The translations under genes were made by a program, and so were the position numbers. Positions 8,752-19,031 of a stretch of 64,000 nucleotides of DNA are shown here, one piece after another (the first letter of the stretch is position 1; each line of letters opens with the position of its first letter). The DNA is from Chitinophagaceae bacterium (lineage in GTDB: Bacteria > Bacteroidota > Bacteroidia > Chitinophagales > UBA10324): contig JADJAG010000005.1 in the NCBI GenBank assembly GCA_016704325.1, positions 394,571-458,570 on the forward strand, written 5' to 3'. The notes under the pieces were generated by a model. The model saw only the letters and a program-made list of their open reading frames with translations, did not search any database and was not told the origin of the DNA.

Positions 8752-9987
8752 TTATTCCTGGTAAGAGCGTCTACCAGTTGTTAATTCCCTTTTTTCAATT
8801 GTTACAGAATTTTTCCTGGTATTCGTGATATCAATTTTCTCAGCCTTACTCTTTACAACAGGAAGTTCAGTATTCGACTTATTTGAAATTGCAGTCTTGT
8901 TTTCAGGTAAAGTTATTGACTGTTGTTTCGGTGCTGCAAGGATTGATTTTTCCGGAGCAGTTAGATGCGCTTGCTTCGATTGCAAAGTATGCATCTGTGC
9001 ATTTCCTTGCTTAGGCTGGCTATTTTCCTTTGGTCTATTCTCAGCAGGCACTTTTTGTTTTGATTTGTTATCTTCTGGCTTTACCACATTGTTTTGTACC
9101 GGCACTTGCTTTATTGGTGCACTTTGTTTTGTAGTAGCAGGCGCAGTGATTGCATTCGACCTCGTTTCAGATGCTGTTGCTCTTTTTTTCTTTATTTCCG
9201 TGATGTCCTTTACATCTTTTGGTACCGGCGCTGTTCCATTCGCATATGTTTTTTGAATCCGCGGACGGTAGATGCTTAACTGATCGTTACTAATGCTTTC
9301 GCCGGGGCTATCGCGATGATTGATTTTTACAGGTTTGATATTGAGGCCTGTTGCCCTTTGCACAGATTCTCGATCAGGTCCATAAGAATAAGTGGTGTGC
9401 TCACGCTCATCGACATAAGTTCTGTTGATGATTGTGGTGTTGTTAATAATGGTAACATTGCTGCTGCGTGGTGCATAATAGTTGTAGACGTCTCGCCGGT
9501 TGATATGATTGCATGGCGTAAACACCCACCAGTCATTAGGAATGTAATATCCCGGACCAAAGGCAACATTGATACTGATGCCCGGTCGCAATGGAGCCCA
9601 TCCATAATAGCCCGGACTTGATCTCCATACTACCCAGGCAGGTCCCCATACAGAATCAGGCACCCATAACCATCCATAAAAAGGATCGTACATCCAACGG
9701 CCATAATGAAAAGCTGCCCAGCCCCAGGAATAGTCGGAGACCCACGTCCAACCAAATTCTGTAAATACCCAGTGTCCTGCTGTTGCATAAGGACTAAAGC
9801 CGGGACCTGCATTTGGTAACCAGACGTAGCCATAATTAGGATAGCTAACCCAGGAACCGTATGGACTCAGCTGATCATAAAAGACCTGGAAGCTGATGTG
9901 TGCCTGTGCAGATGAATTTTTTGTAGTTGCCAGAATACTCAATGTGAATACACCGAGTATGATGAACATTCTGATGAGCGTTTTCAT
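8752..9987 (-). CDS. Secreted YXWGXW/WXXGXW-repeat protein with long K/P/Q/T-rich tail
   Basis: I prefer ATG 9987 (MKTLIRMFIILGVFTLSILA...AQA signal peptide). Trp-rich repeats: YGYVWLP, FGWTWVSDYSWGWAAFHYGRW, YGWLWVPDSVWGPAWVVW. The C-terminal ~180 aa are low-complexity. Confidence 0.6.
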   Translation of the reverse strand: MKTLIRMFIILGVFTLSILATTKNSSAQAHISFQVFYDQLSPYGSWVSYPNYGYVWLPNAGPGFSPYATAGHWVFTEFGWTWVSDYSWGWAAFHYGRWMYDPFYGWLWVPDSVWGPAWVVWRSSPGYYGWAPLRPGISINVAFGPGYYIPNDWWVFTPCNHINRRDVYNYYAPRSSNVTIINNTTIINRTYVDEREHTTYSYGPDRESVQRATGLNIKPVKINHRDSPGESISNDQLSIYRPRIQKTYANGTAPVPKDVKDITEIKKKRATASETRSNAITAPATTKQSAPIKQVPVQNNVVKPEDNKSKQKVPAENRPKENSQPKQGNAQMHTLQSKQAHLTAPEKSILAAPKQQSITLPENKTAISNKSNTELPVVKSKAEKIDITNTRKNSVTIEKRELTTGRRSYQE

Positions 9988-10312
9988 AGCAGTTGTATTT
10001 GATTGCAAAGACTGACTTTGCAAACACCGTTCCATAACTGAAAACGCAAACAATTTGATTTGTTAATGATTACACAAAAAATGCAACCACTTATCTGTTT
10101 TATGTCACGGAATGGCAACGTTACATTAGGGTGCGTACCAAATTGACAGTCTGCTTCTGCTTAAATTTTTTGTTATATGGAAGTGTTTTTACAGCAAATA
10201 ACTTATTGCATTAATATAAATATGATCACCATTCAAAAAAACAGAGCAAAATCAAACGGTGAAAGTAATGATATGGGACTGAGACATAATAATTGCAGTT
10301 CCACAAAAACAA

Positions 10313-12259
10313 TCAATTGTTTCTAGCCTTTTCCAATTCCGCGCCGAGATTTTCCCATCGGCTCATTTCTTCTGCGAGTTGTAGTTTATGCTTATCGTAG
10401 TGCGCATATATTTCTTTTGATTCTGTAGCATTGAGTAATTCCGGTTTAGAAAGCTTCAGTTCCACATGCGTGATGCTTGATTCCAGCTCAGAAATTTTTT
10501 TCTCTGATTCGGCTAACTGGCGTTCCAGCTTTTTCAGCTCTTTTTGCTTTTGCTTATCAACCGGCACATTGTTAGTTTTTGGTTTTTCGGTATTGCCATT
10601 TTTCCTTGCATCCGGCAATAATCCCCTCGATAACTCCAACTCCCGGAATGAAGCAGTTTTTTGTGATTCCAGGAATTCATAGACACCACCTATATATTCT
10701 TTGATGCTGTGATTACGGAAATAAAAAATCTTGTTAACCAGACCATCGAGAAAATCACGGTCATGCGACACCACAATCAGTGTTCCTGAATAGTTATTCA
10801 ATGCTTCCTTCAACACTTCTTTCGAACGCATGTCGAGGTGATTGGTTGGCTCATCCAATACAAGGCAGTTTACAGGTTCTAACAATAATTTTGCAAGGGC
10901 AAGCCGCGATTTTTCTCCACCTGAAAGCACTTTTACTTTTTTGTCCACATCATCACCACGAAATAGAAAGGCACCCAACAGACTGCGCACGCGTGCACTC
11001 ATTTCAGATGGCGCAATTTTGTCGATGGTATTGAAAACTGTTTCATCACCGTTTAAGCGGTCGGCCTGGTGCTGTGCATAGAAACCGATTTTTACATTAT
11101 AACCCGGATTTATATCACCTTCTGCAGGTTCTTCTCCCACCATAATTTTTGCCATGGTGGTTTTGCCTTCCCCATTTTTTCCAACGAAGGCAATACGGTC
11201 GCCCCGGTTCACATGAAAGGTGATGTCTTCTAAGATCACCTTTTGACCATAACGTTTTGTAACATGCTTTGCTTCAAAAACCAATTGTCCGGAACGGGGG
11301 CCTTCCGGAAAGCGAAAACGAATGGCGGAGTTATCTTCATCGTCTACTTCAATACGTTCTGTTCGGTCAAGCTGCTTTATCAGCGATTGCGCAAATTTGG
11401 CTTTCGACGCTTTATAGCGGAATTTTTCGATCAGAATTTCTGTCTGCCTGATTCCTTTGTCCTGGTTTTTTTTCTGTGCCAGCAAATGATCTCTTCGCTC
11501 CTTGCGCAATTCCACAAACTTTGAATAGGAGGCAGGGTAATCATCTATATTCCGGTTAATGATTTCAATGGTCCGGTTGGTAACGCGGTCGAGGAAAGCA
11601 CGATCATGGGAAACCAGTAACACGGCCCCTTCATAGTCTTGTAAAAACTCTTCCAGCCAGATGATGGCTTCAATGTCAAGATGATTCGTGGGCTCATCCA
11701 AAAGCAAGAGGTCGGGCTTGCGCAACAGCAATTTTGCCAATTCAATCCGCATTTGCCAGCCTCCGCTGAATTCAGCCACGCTTCTTGAAAAATCGGTACG
11801 TGCAAAACCCAGACCAACAAGAATGCGTTCCATCTGTTCTTCAAGCTTCCCGATGCCGAGTATTTCCAACCGGTGTCCTACATCATGCCACTCTGTTAGC
11901 AGGTCCATATAATCGGGAGCTTCATGGCTGGTATGATGGCTGACGCGATCGGTAAGGTCATTATACCGCTTCTCTAAAGCTTTAATTTCCTTAAATGCTG
12001 TTTCTGTTTCCTGCAGTACTGTTTTATTACCATGAAATGACAATTCCTGTGACAGGTAGCCACGTGTAAATTCTTTCGGGAAGGAAATGTTACCGGTATC
12101 AGGGTTACTATTTCCGGAAAGGATTTTCATCAAAGTAGACTTACCTGCTCCGTTTCTGCCGACCAAGCCGATGCGGTCTTTATCGTTAATAAAGAAAGAA
12201 ACTTCTTCGAAAAGTGCATCGCCTCCGTGGAAAACGGAGATGTTATTTATTGAAATCAT
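10313..12259 (-). CDS. ABC-F family ATPase (two ATP-binding cassettes, no membrane domain)
   Basis: The track start at 12268 is TTG; ATG 12259 gives MISINNISV. Walker A motifs GRNGAGKST and GKNGEGKTT. Signatures LSGGWQMR and LSGGEKSR. Charged coiled-coil C-terminus. Confidence 0.9.
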   Translation of the reverse strand: MISINNISVFHGGDALFEEVSFFINDKDRIGLVGRNGAGKSTLMKILSGNSNPDTGNISFPKEFTRGYLSQELSFHGNKTVLQETETAFKEIKALEKRYNDLTDRVSHHTSHEAPDYMDLLTEWHDVGHRLEILGIGKLEEQMERILVGLGFARTDFSRSVAEFSGGWQMRIELAKLLLRKPDLLLLDEPTNHLDIEAIIWLEEFLQDYEGAVLLVSHDRAFLDRVTNRTIEIINRNIDDYPASYSKFVELRKERRDHLLAQKKNQDKGIRQTEILIEKFRYKASKAKFAQSLIKQLDRTERIEVDDEDNSAIRFRFPEGPRSGQLVFEAKHVTKRYGQKVILEDITFHVNRGDRIAFVGKNGEGKTTMAKIMVGEEPAEGDINPGYNVKIGFYAQHQADRLNGDETVFNTIDKIAPSEMSARVRSLLGAFLFRGDDVDKKVKVLSGGEKSRLALAKLLLEPVNCLVLDEPTNHLDMRSKEVLKEALNNYSGTLIVVSHDRDFLDGLVNKIFYFRNHSIKEYIGGVYEFLESQKTASFRELELSRGLLPDARKNGNTEKPKTNNVPVDKQKQKELKKLERQLAESEKKISELESSITHVELKLSKPELLNATESKEIYAHYDKHKLQLAEEMSRWENLGAELEKARNN

Positions 12260-12485
12260 AGGGCGCAAAGGTAAATGGGAAAGTTGATTAATGTTTTTTT
12301 TGAATGCACTTTCTGTTTACGACGGAGAAAGTGGTTAAACTTGTTACGCTAACAACAGATATCATTTGTAGCCATTTGTAATCACTTGCTGTTTAACTCA
12401 CAACAGATGATGACAGATTTTTGGAACGGTTTTAGCCTGTCGTGGAAATATATTTATTTCTAAACCATAAATCCAACAAACCATT

Positions 12486-12938
12486 ATGAACATGAAAAGC
12501 AATCTAAATAAATTATCCACTGTTGCATTCGCAATATGCATTGGCGTTTTTACGGCAAATACCACTTTTGCACAAGATCCTATTACAGGAAAAACGAAAA
12601 CTCCGGAAGCAGGTATGCAACAGGTGCAACCGGCAAAGCAGGGAATGACCTGGGATGAATATAAAGCCGATCTGCAGTCTAAGTACCAGAAAGTGATGGA
12701 CCAGGTAAGCGCCATTGAAAAACAGGCGACTGAAAAGAAAATTGATGCACCTGAATACAAAGAATACCTGAATCGCTTTCAGGAGCAGGCTAAGGAATTC
12801 GGTATCTATATGAAGAACGCCGATGCTGTTCCGGTTGAAAAGCAAGGCCAGTTTAAAGAGGAAATGCAGGTGCAACTCGACCGCCTGAATAAAGCATATG
12901 AAGATTTGAAAGACAAATGGGCGGCATTGAATAAATAG
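12486..12938 (+). CDS. Small secreted helical protein, function unknown
   Basis: 150 aa. Signal peptide MNMKSNLNKLSTVAFAICIGVFTANTTFAQD, K/E/Q-rich helical body, followed by a clean terminator. Confidence 0.5.
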   Translation: MNMKSNLNKLSTVAFAICIGVFTANTTFAQDPITGKTKTPEAGMQQVQPAKQGMTWDEYKADLQSKYQKVMDQVSAIEKQATEKKIDAPEYKEYLNRFQEQAKEFGIYMKNADAVPVEKQGQFKEEMQVQLDRLNKAYEDLKDKWAALNK

Positions 12939-12962
12939 GTGCCAACTATTTTGATTTCAAAC

Positions 12963-13001
12963 AAAAACCCGATCAAGCAATAGATCGGGTTTTTTGTTTT
13001 T
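12963..13001 (+). terminator. Rho-independent terminator
   Basis: aaaacccgatc (12964-12974) pairs with gatcgggtttt (12984-12994), followed by a T-tract. It sits between convergent genes. Confidence 0.7.
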
Positions 13002-13074
13002 TATTACTTTGATCTAGCTTTGATTCTCTGGTCGCAAAGGTTCGAAAGCTCAAAATAGTATTGAGTTTTCAATC

Positions 13075-14619
13075 TCAAATATCAAACTTAATTCCTTGTG
13101 CCAATGGCAATGTTTTACCGTAATTGATGGTATTGGTTTGTCGGCGCATGTAAGCTTTCCAGCTGTCACTGCCCGATTCACGACCACCACCGGTTTCTTT
13201 TTCTCCTCCAAAGGCACCACCAATTTCCGCACCACTGGTGCCGATATTTACATTGGCAATACCGCAATCACTGCCTGCTGATGAGAGAAAATGCTCCATC
13301 TCCAGCACATTTTCGGTGAAGATGGCAGAAGATAATCCCTGAGGCACATCGTTGTGCAGGTGCATCGCTTCATCAAGGGTTTTATACTTCATCAGGTAAA
13401 GCAACGGTGCAAACGTTTCGTGCCTTACAATGGGAAGGTTTTCTTTTACTTCTGCAATACAAGGTTCTACATAACATCCGGTTCCATATCCTTTGCCTTG
13501 CTTCACATTGCCTCCGATCAATATTTTACCACCCTGTTGTTTTACTTTCTCAATGGCACCGAGAAAATCATTCACGGCACTTTTATCAATAAGGGGACCT
13601 ACATGATTAGCTGCATCTAAAGGATTGCCGATACTTAACTGGCTGTAAATTTTTGTGAGTTTTTTCTTTACCTCATCATACACTTTTTCATGAATGATCA
13701 GCCGGCGGGTGGTAGTACACCGCTGGCCTGCTGTGCCCACTGCTCCAAAAGTTACTGCACGAATGGCGAGATCAAGATTTGCTTTTTCTGAAATGATGAT
13801 GGCATTGTTTCCACCCAGTTCAAGAATTGAACGACCTAATCGTTCGCCTACTTTTTGTGCAACACGAATACCGACACGCGTGGAACCGGTAGCAGAAATC
13901 ATCGGAATACGCCGGTCTTCCAACATCACATCACCCACTTCTTTGGAACTTCCTGCTACCAGGCACAATACTCCTTCCGGAACATTATTTTTCTTTAGTA
14001 CCGAGCCAATGATTTGCTGTGTAGCCACTGCACATAACATCACTTTAGAAGAAGGTTTCCAAACTACTACGTCACCACAGGCCAGGGCAATCATTGCATT
14101 CCACGACCATACGGCTACCGGAAAGTTAAATGCAGAAATCACACCTACAATACCGAGCGGATGCCATTGCTCATACATACGGTGATTTGGTCTTTCACTA
14201 TGCATAGTTAAACCATACAGCTGTCGTGAAAGCCCTACTGCAAAGTCACAGATGTCAATCATTTCCTGCACTTCACCCAATCCTTCCTGCAGACTTTTCC
14301 CCATTTCATAGGATACCAAAGCACCGAGTGAATCTTTGTTCTTGCGCAGTTCATCGCCGATTTGCCGCACTACTTCTCCACGTTTGGGTGCCGGTATTTT
14401 ACGCCATTCCTGAAATGCTTTTTCTGCGGTAGCAACTACCACTTCATAATCAGTGCGCGAAGCCAGCCTGATCTTTCCGATCAGCTTGCCATCAACAGGC
14501 GAAAATGATTCCAGGGTATCGCCAGTGGTTTTTAGCCATTCATTTCCGGTAGAGGCGCCGGAGGAAAGCGTTTTTAACTTGAGCTTTTTCAGGAAGTTTG
14601 TGGACAATTTGTTCGACAT
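13075..14619 (-). CDS. Aldehyde dehydrogenase, ALDH7 (piperideine-6-carboxylate / alpha-aminoadipic semialdehyde dehydrogenase)-like
   Basis: 514 aa. Blocks typical of ALDH7: [57 protein letters not shown]. Confidence 0.85.
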   Translation of the reverse strand: MSNKLSTNFLKKLKLKTLSSGASTGNEWLKTTGDTLESFSPVDGKLIGKIRLASRTDYEVVVATAEKAFQEWRKIPAPKRGEVVRQIGDELRKNKDSLGALVSYEMGKSLQEGLGEVQEMIDICDFAVGLSRQLYGLTMHSERPNHRMYEQWHPLGIVGVISAFNFPVAVWSWNAMIALACGDVVVWKPSSKVMLCAVATQQIIGSVLKKNNVPEGVLCLVAGSSKEVGDVMLEDRRIPMISATGSTRVGIRVAQKVGERLGRSILELGGNNAIIISEKANLDLAIRAVTFGAVGTAGQRCTTTRRLIIHEKVYDEVKKKLTKIYSQLSIGNPLDAANHVGPLIDKSAVNDFLGAIEKVKQQGGKILIGGNVKQGKGYGTGCYVEPCIAEVKENLPIVRHETFAPLLYLMKYKTLDEAMHLHNDVPQGLSSAIFTENVLEMEHFLSSAGSDCGIANVNIGTSGAEIGGAFGGEKETGGGRESGSDSWKAYMRRQTNTINYGKTLPLAQGIKFDI

Positions 14620-14757
14620 AATACTGATTTAAGAATGGTTAGTTATTCTTTGAAGACGCGCAAAAATAACACATCTCCGGATGTTCTTTAAAAATGCAGC
14701 CTTCGAGAGTTTCTCACGGAATACATCCAGTTGATACATCTATGCCGAATGAAGTGC

Positions 14758-15000
14758 TTACAATTCGAGATATTGCAGCAATTCTTCAGGTGACAACGAA
14801 TGATGCTGGGCGATTCCCTTAAGGATGGACGAAAGTGTACCCACTTTAAGAGGGTTGTGATTAGGAATAACTTCGTGATGCTCACCATCCCGTTGTGTGG
14901 TAAGTCTAATATGTGATCCCTTTTGACGGGTAACAGAATAATCAAGTTTTTTCAGTGCCTTTACCAGATCGGCACCGCTTATATCTCGTGGCAACTTCAT
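14758..15000 (-). CDS. hicA: Type II toxin-antitoxin system HicA-family toxin
   Basis: 80 aa. MKLPRDISGADLVKALKKLDYSVTRQKGSHIRL is the HicA/YcfA-like RNA-binding pattern with the conserved GSH. It overlaps the upstream gene by 4 nt. Confidence 0.8.
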   Translation of the reverse strand: MKLPRDISGADLVKALKKLDYSVTRQKGSHIRLTTQRDGEHHEVIPNHNPLKVGTLSSILKGIAQHHSLSPEELLQYLEL

Positions 15001-15209
15001 AGGGTAAGTACTTCATCACGAACAAAATGTAGCCGTATGATCTTCGGGATTTCCATATTTTCATCGAAATAGCATTCAACAGCTTCTTTAACTCTTTCAC
15101 GAATTTGAATTAAGGACTCCCCTTCAGTATTAATACCATATCCAAGTGAAGAGGCAATAAATCCACCATCCAGTTCATCTTCACGTACTTCAAATATTAT
15201 TTCTTTCAT
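14997..15209 (-). CDS. hicB: HicB-like antitoxin (short form, no DNA-binding domain)
   Basis: 70 aa. EDELDGGFIASSLGYGINTEGESLIQIRERVKEAVECYFDE matches the HicB N-terminal fold pattern. It is translationally coupled to hicA. Confidence 0.7.
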   Translation of the reverse strand: MKEIIFEVREDELDGGFIASSLGYGINTEGESLIQIRERVKEAVECYFDENMEIPKIIRLHFVRDEVLTL

Positions 15210-15446
15210 AAATTATGTAGTTCTTTTTTACTTAGTAAATATAGCTGGTTTATGCGGTGTTACAAAATCGTGCTCAAGGTTGCGAATTCATCTATTTATA
15301 TGGAAAGTATCAAAACACATTTTTTTACTCGAAGGAAATATTTTTCAAGAGTAGGATTTGCAATCTTAGTTGAGGTCGACTTTGGCAAACATTGTAGTGT
15401 GTTTCAATTTTGAATAATCTTGTACTAAATTCGTCTAACAGTACAC

Positions 15447-15644
15447 ATGAACTTTCAATCATTTCACAGAACAAAACTTGCCAGAATTATTGGGTTTGTA
15501 ATTATTGGTTGCCTGGTTCTCCTTTACCTTTTAAAACTTTCAGGTGCTGATAATGGACAGTTACAATGGTCCAATATTTTTTCCACCACTTTCTTTGGGT
15601 TGCTGTATTTATTCTTCGTTTTCTTTCCGTGGGAGCGCAGATAG
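15447..15644 (+). CDS. Possible small two-helix membrane protein (weak call)
   Basis: 65 aa with two hydrophobic segments (IIGFVIIGCLVLLYLL, FFGLLYLFFVFF). It overlaps a second short ORF in another frame and could be non-coding. Confidence 0.2.
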   Translation: MNFQSFHRTKLARIIGFVIIGCLVLLYLLKLSGADNGQLQWSNIFSTTFFGLLYLFFVFFPWERR

Positions 15645-15726
15645 TTATTCGAAAGAAATGGCTTGAATTTATCGGCGCAACGCTTGTAATAATATACTTG
15701 AAAAAGGTTTTTGGAATATTATATAA

Positions 15727-18700
15727 CTACATCGTAAAATTCCGAATTGCTTTAAAAGGGTGAAACTGATTTATGTTTAATGTAAATGAAATCCGTTTAT
15801 ACCATTGATCATAAAAATCGGTAGTATTGAGATTCAGTTTCATATCATTCGAAAAAAATAACGGCAAATACACTTCCACCATCTCCGGAATCAATGTGAA
15901 GCCAATACCTGCATCAAATTGAAAATCCTGGTAATCTCCATCTCCCGGTGCAAACCCTGCATCTCCGAAAACAAAAAGAGGAGAGAAGAAGGGTACCGGT
16001 ACTTTTGCATTTAGCGCAAGTAACCAGCTCCCTGATCCTCCTAATTCCGGCTGCACACCATCCGTGCGCATTTTGAAACCTCCATCCGCTACCGCAACCT
16101 GTTGTGATAAAAATCCGGATGATTCCGTTCTTCCAAGATACACTTCATCAAAGCGATAATCCTTTATTCCGGTTATCGAACCCAAATGAAAATCTGCATA
16201 GCTGCTTTCAGCAGGATCAATAATCATCAGGCCTGCAAATAATCTAAGGTCAATGCCATGTTTTTTCCGGGGATAAGAGATTGTATAATTTCCTTCAAGG
16301 AAAGTTTTCAGATAGAAGTTTTCGCCTTCTTCATTTCCCTGTTCTATGGTAGCCGAAAAGTTGAATGGATTTAATACTCTTTTGTTTTGAAAAGCATAAT
16401 TCAGTTGATTGATCAGCTGATGCACATATGCTTTGGTGAGGTAAAAATTATCAGGCAGCTGTTGCAACAAATAAATATTTCTGAAAGTGATCCGCTGATC
16501 TGCCGGACTGCGTGCTTCCTTTTTTCTGAGTGTAAGTTGCAACTGCTGTGTAAACTTCATGAAACGGTATTCATTGTTGCCTTCACTTCCATAATAGGAA
16601 TCGTTCGTGTAGTTAAAAGATTTGGCGGAAGAGGTTACATCCAGCCTTTGCACAAAGCTGTTTTTCGAAAAAAGATGAAGATTCACTTCACCTAATCCAA
16701 TTAAACTGTTGCTGCCGAAACCATACGCCGGCATGAATACAAAACTTAAAGGCTTTCCCGGCAGCACACTATTATACAAGGCAAGTCCCATCCATACTTT
16801 ATCATAGTTGTTCCATCCAATGGTAGGTGTAAAAAAAAATTGTGTGCGTTGCGGGTTATCCAGGCTGGCCAGCCATTGAAAGCGGAATTTCTCTATGTTT
16901 GGAAAGAGTCCGGAAGTTCTTGCAGCATTATTTTTTCGGTTTACTTCGGGTAGCTCCGACAGTGCATCAATACGGAATTCATCATAATCTCCATTTGGAA
17001 ACAGTACTTCCATTTTCCCGCTAAACCCACCAAACCATAGTTCATCAACCTGCTTTCCATTCTTCCATGCTGCGATGGAAAATGGCCCTTTGACTGTTGC
17101 TTTATTGGCGACCCATAGTTTCTGAAAAGTGGTGCTTCCAATTAAAATGGTATCTCCGATATTCACTATTTTATAATCGAGATATTCGGTTGTTTCAATA
17201 GTTTGTTCGAAAAACCAATCCAATTCCTTTTTGGTCGCGGCTTCAAAATGGTTTTTAAGATCTATCGGATACGGGTGCCGGAATTCCCATGTAGTATAGA
17301 ACTGTTGCATCACTTCATCAAAAACTGAAGTTCCCAGGTAAGCTTCGAGGTAATTGAAAGACAAAGCACTTTTAGCATATACTATGGCAAAGTAGTTGAG
17401 CGATGTAAACTTAAATGCTTCCAGTTCCATTGGCTGATCAAGATGACGGTATGCCTGGAAAATGTAACCCAGATAATTTTGATAGTTGCGTGAATAGGAG
17501 GTGAGATCAAAGGCTTTCACTAAAGGATTGTCAAGAGGAATCAAACCTTCATTTGGGTATCTTTTTTCAATATACCTGTTTTCATAATAAGAATTAATGC
17601 CCTCATCCATCCACGGATGCATTCGCTCGTTAAAAGCCAGTATGCCATAAAACCAATTATGTCCTACCTCATGGGCTACTACCGTCTCCAGTGATTTTGT
17701 CCCGCCAAATCCTCCGCTCAAAACAGTAATCATCGGGTATTCCATTCCGTCTCCGGCTTCCAGTGCACCCTCCACGGCAGTTGCATGCGGATAAGGATAA
17801 TTACCTACCCATTGCGAATAATACATAACGGATGAGTCAACATACCCGATCACATTTTTCCATTGCGCAGCATGTTTATCTGTAAAGTAAGTCCAGGTGA
17901 TAACAGGTATTTTTTTCCCGGGAAGTGTAACGCTGCTTTTCATCACATTAAAATTCTTATCTGCAAACCAGGCGAAATCATGTACGTTTTCTGCTGTATA
18001 ACGTATTGTTTTAGTTTTATCCGATTTATACGTTGAGCTGCTATCTGTTATTATTTTATTATCCCGGTTAATGGTTTTAGCAGGTTCCTCATTGAAGTAC
18101 TTTTTTATTGAAGCATCTGCCAGCGAATCAAGCCATTGTGTTTCCATTTCATTATCCAGTGTTCCTGTCGCTGCAACAACATATTCTTTAGGAAGTGTTA
18201 TCGACACATCAAAGGTTCCAAACTCCGAATAGAATTCTCCCAGCGTCAGATAAGGCATTGGATGCCATCCATAACGATCATATACTGCCGGTTTGGGATA
18301 CCATTGGGTGATTTGGTAGGATTGCCCAATATGCCCAAGCCTGGAAAAAGTTTTTGGAATTTTTACGCGAAACGGAGTGCTGATAAGGATTGAACCTCCC
18401 GGCAGTAATGGTTTATTTAAGAGAAGTTTAGTGATATCGATATAGGCAGAATCTGCCTGAACTATTACCTGTTCACCATCAATCCTGAAGTGCAGCTGAT
18501 CGATAAATCCTTTGTCAACTTCTTTTGAAAACTGGAACTCCGTGTTTTTATTCTCCAGCTCCTGAATAGCATATGCTGTAGCAGTGTTTTTATAAGCATT
18601 TGGCCATAGATGAAACCAGATAAATTGCAGGGTATCAGGCGAATGATTGATATATTCAATACTAACGTTACCGGTTATTAAATGAGCAGCATCGTCAAGT

Positions 18701-18822
18701 GTTATATCAATTGTATAGTTCACTTCCTGTTGCCAGTAGCTATCTGTGACCTGGGCCTGAATTGGAAGCACCAGCCAGTTCACAATAAAAGTGATAAATA
18801 GGGTATGAAAAACTTTTTTCAT
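15727..18822 (-). CDS. M1-family zinc metallopeptidase (aminopeptidase N-like) with large C-terminal extension
   Basis: I prefer ATG 18822 (MKKVFHTLFITFIVNWLVLPIQAQ signal). Zinc motif HEVGHNWFYG followed by WMDEGINSY. Confidence 0.85.
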   Translation of the reverse strand: MKKVFHTLFITFIVNWLVLPIQAQVTDSYWQQEVNYTIDITLDDAAHLITGNVSIEYINHSPDTLQFIWFHLWPNAYKNTATAYAIQELENKNTEFQFSKEVDKGFIDQLHFRIDGEQVIVQADSAYIDITKLLLNKPLLPGGSILISTPFRVKIPKTFSRLGHIGQSYQITQWYPKPAVYDRYGWHPMPYLTLGEFYSEFGTFDVSITLPKEYVVAATGTLDNEMETQWLDSLADASIKKYFNEEPAKTINRDNKIITDSSSTYKSDKTKTIRYTAENVHDFAWFADKNFNVMKSSVTLPGKKIPVITWTYFTDKHAAQWKNVIGYVDSSVMYYSQWVGNYPYPHATAVEGALEAGDGMEYPMITVLSGGFGGTKSLETVVAHEVGHNWFYGILAFNERMHPWMDEGINSYYENRYIEKRYPNEGLIPLDNPLVKAFDLTSYSRNYQNYLGYIFQAYRHLDQPMELEAFKFTSLNYFAIVYAKSALSFNYLEAYLGTSVFDEVMQQFYTTWEFRHPYPIDLKNHFEAATKKELDWFFEQTIETTEYLDYKIVNIGDTILIGSTTFQKLWVANKATVKGPFSIAAWKNGKQVDELWFGGFSGKMEVLFPNGDYDEFRIDALSELPEVNRKNNAARTSGLFPNIEKFRFQWLASLDNPQRTQFFFTPTIGWNNYDKVWMGLALYNSVLPGKPLSFVFMPAYGFGSNSLIGLGEVNLHLFSKNSFVQRLDVTSSAKSFNYTNDSYYGSEGNNEYRFMKFTQQLQLTLRKKEARSPADQRITFRNIYLLQQLPDNFYLTKAYVHQLINQLNYAFQNKRVLNPFNFSATIEQGNEEGENFYLKTFLEGNYTISYPRKKHGIDLRLFAGLMIIDPAESSYADFHLGSITGIKDYRFDEVYLGRTESSGFLSQQVAVADGGFKMRTDGVQPELGGSGSWLLALNAKVPVPFFSPLFVFGDAGFAPGDGDYQDFQFDAGIGFTLIPEMVEVYLPLFFSNDMKLNLNTTDFYDQWYKRISFTLNINQFHPFKAIRNFTM

Positions 18823-19031
18823 TACAATGGAATGAATGGAACAACTTTTCCTTTTTATCAAACCTCGGTTATTCATTGTCAATATCGAAGTATTTCTTAC
18901 TAAATACTTTTTGATGAGGATGGTTTCTTAAAATTGTTTCAACTTTGCCAATGTGGAAAAGAAGCGGGTGGCGTATTACAATTTTTGTAAATTAGCCGTC
19001 GTAGTAATTTCTTGCAGTTAAACAGGTGAAG

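Noticed and set aside
12398-12875. Two 120-aa minus-strand ORFs overlapping the 12486-12938 gene
   Set aside because: The plus-strand ORF has a clear signal peptide and is followed by a terminator. The minus-strand ORFs are Cys/Phe-rich shadows.
15566-15763. 65-aa ORF overlapping both the 15447-15644 ORF and the 3-prime end of the M1 peptidase gene
   Set aside because: It overlaps two other reading frames and has no supporting motif. It may at most be the frame-shifted continuation of a decayed small gene.
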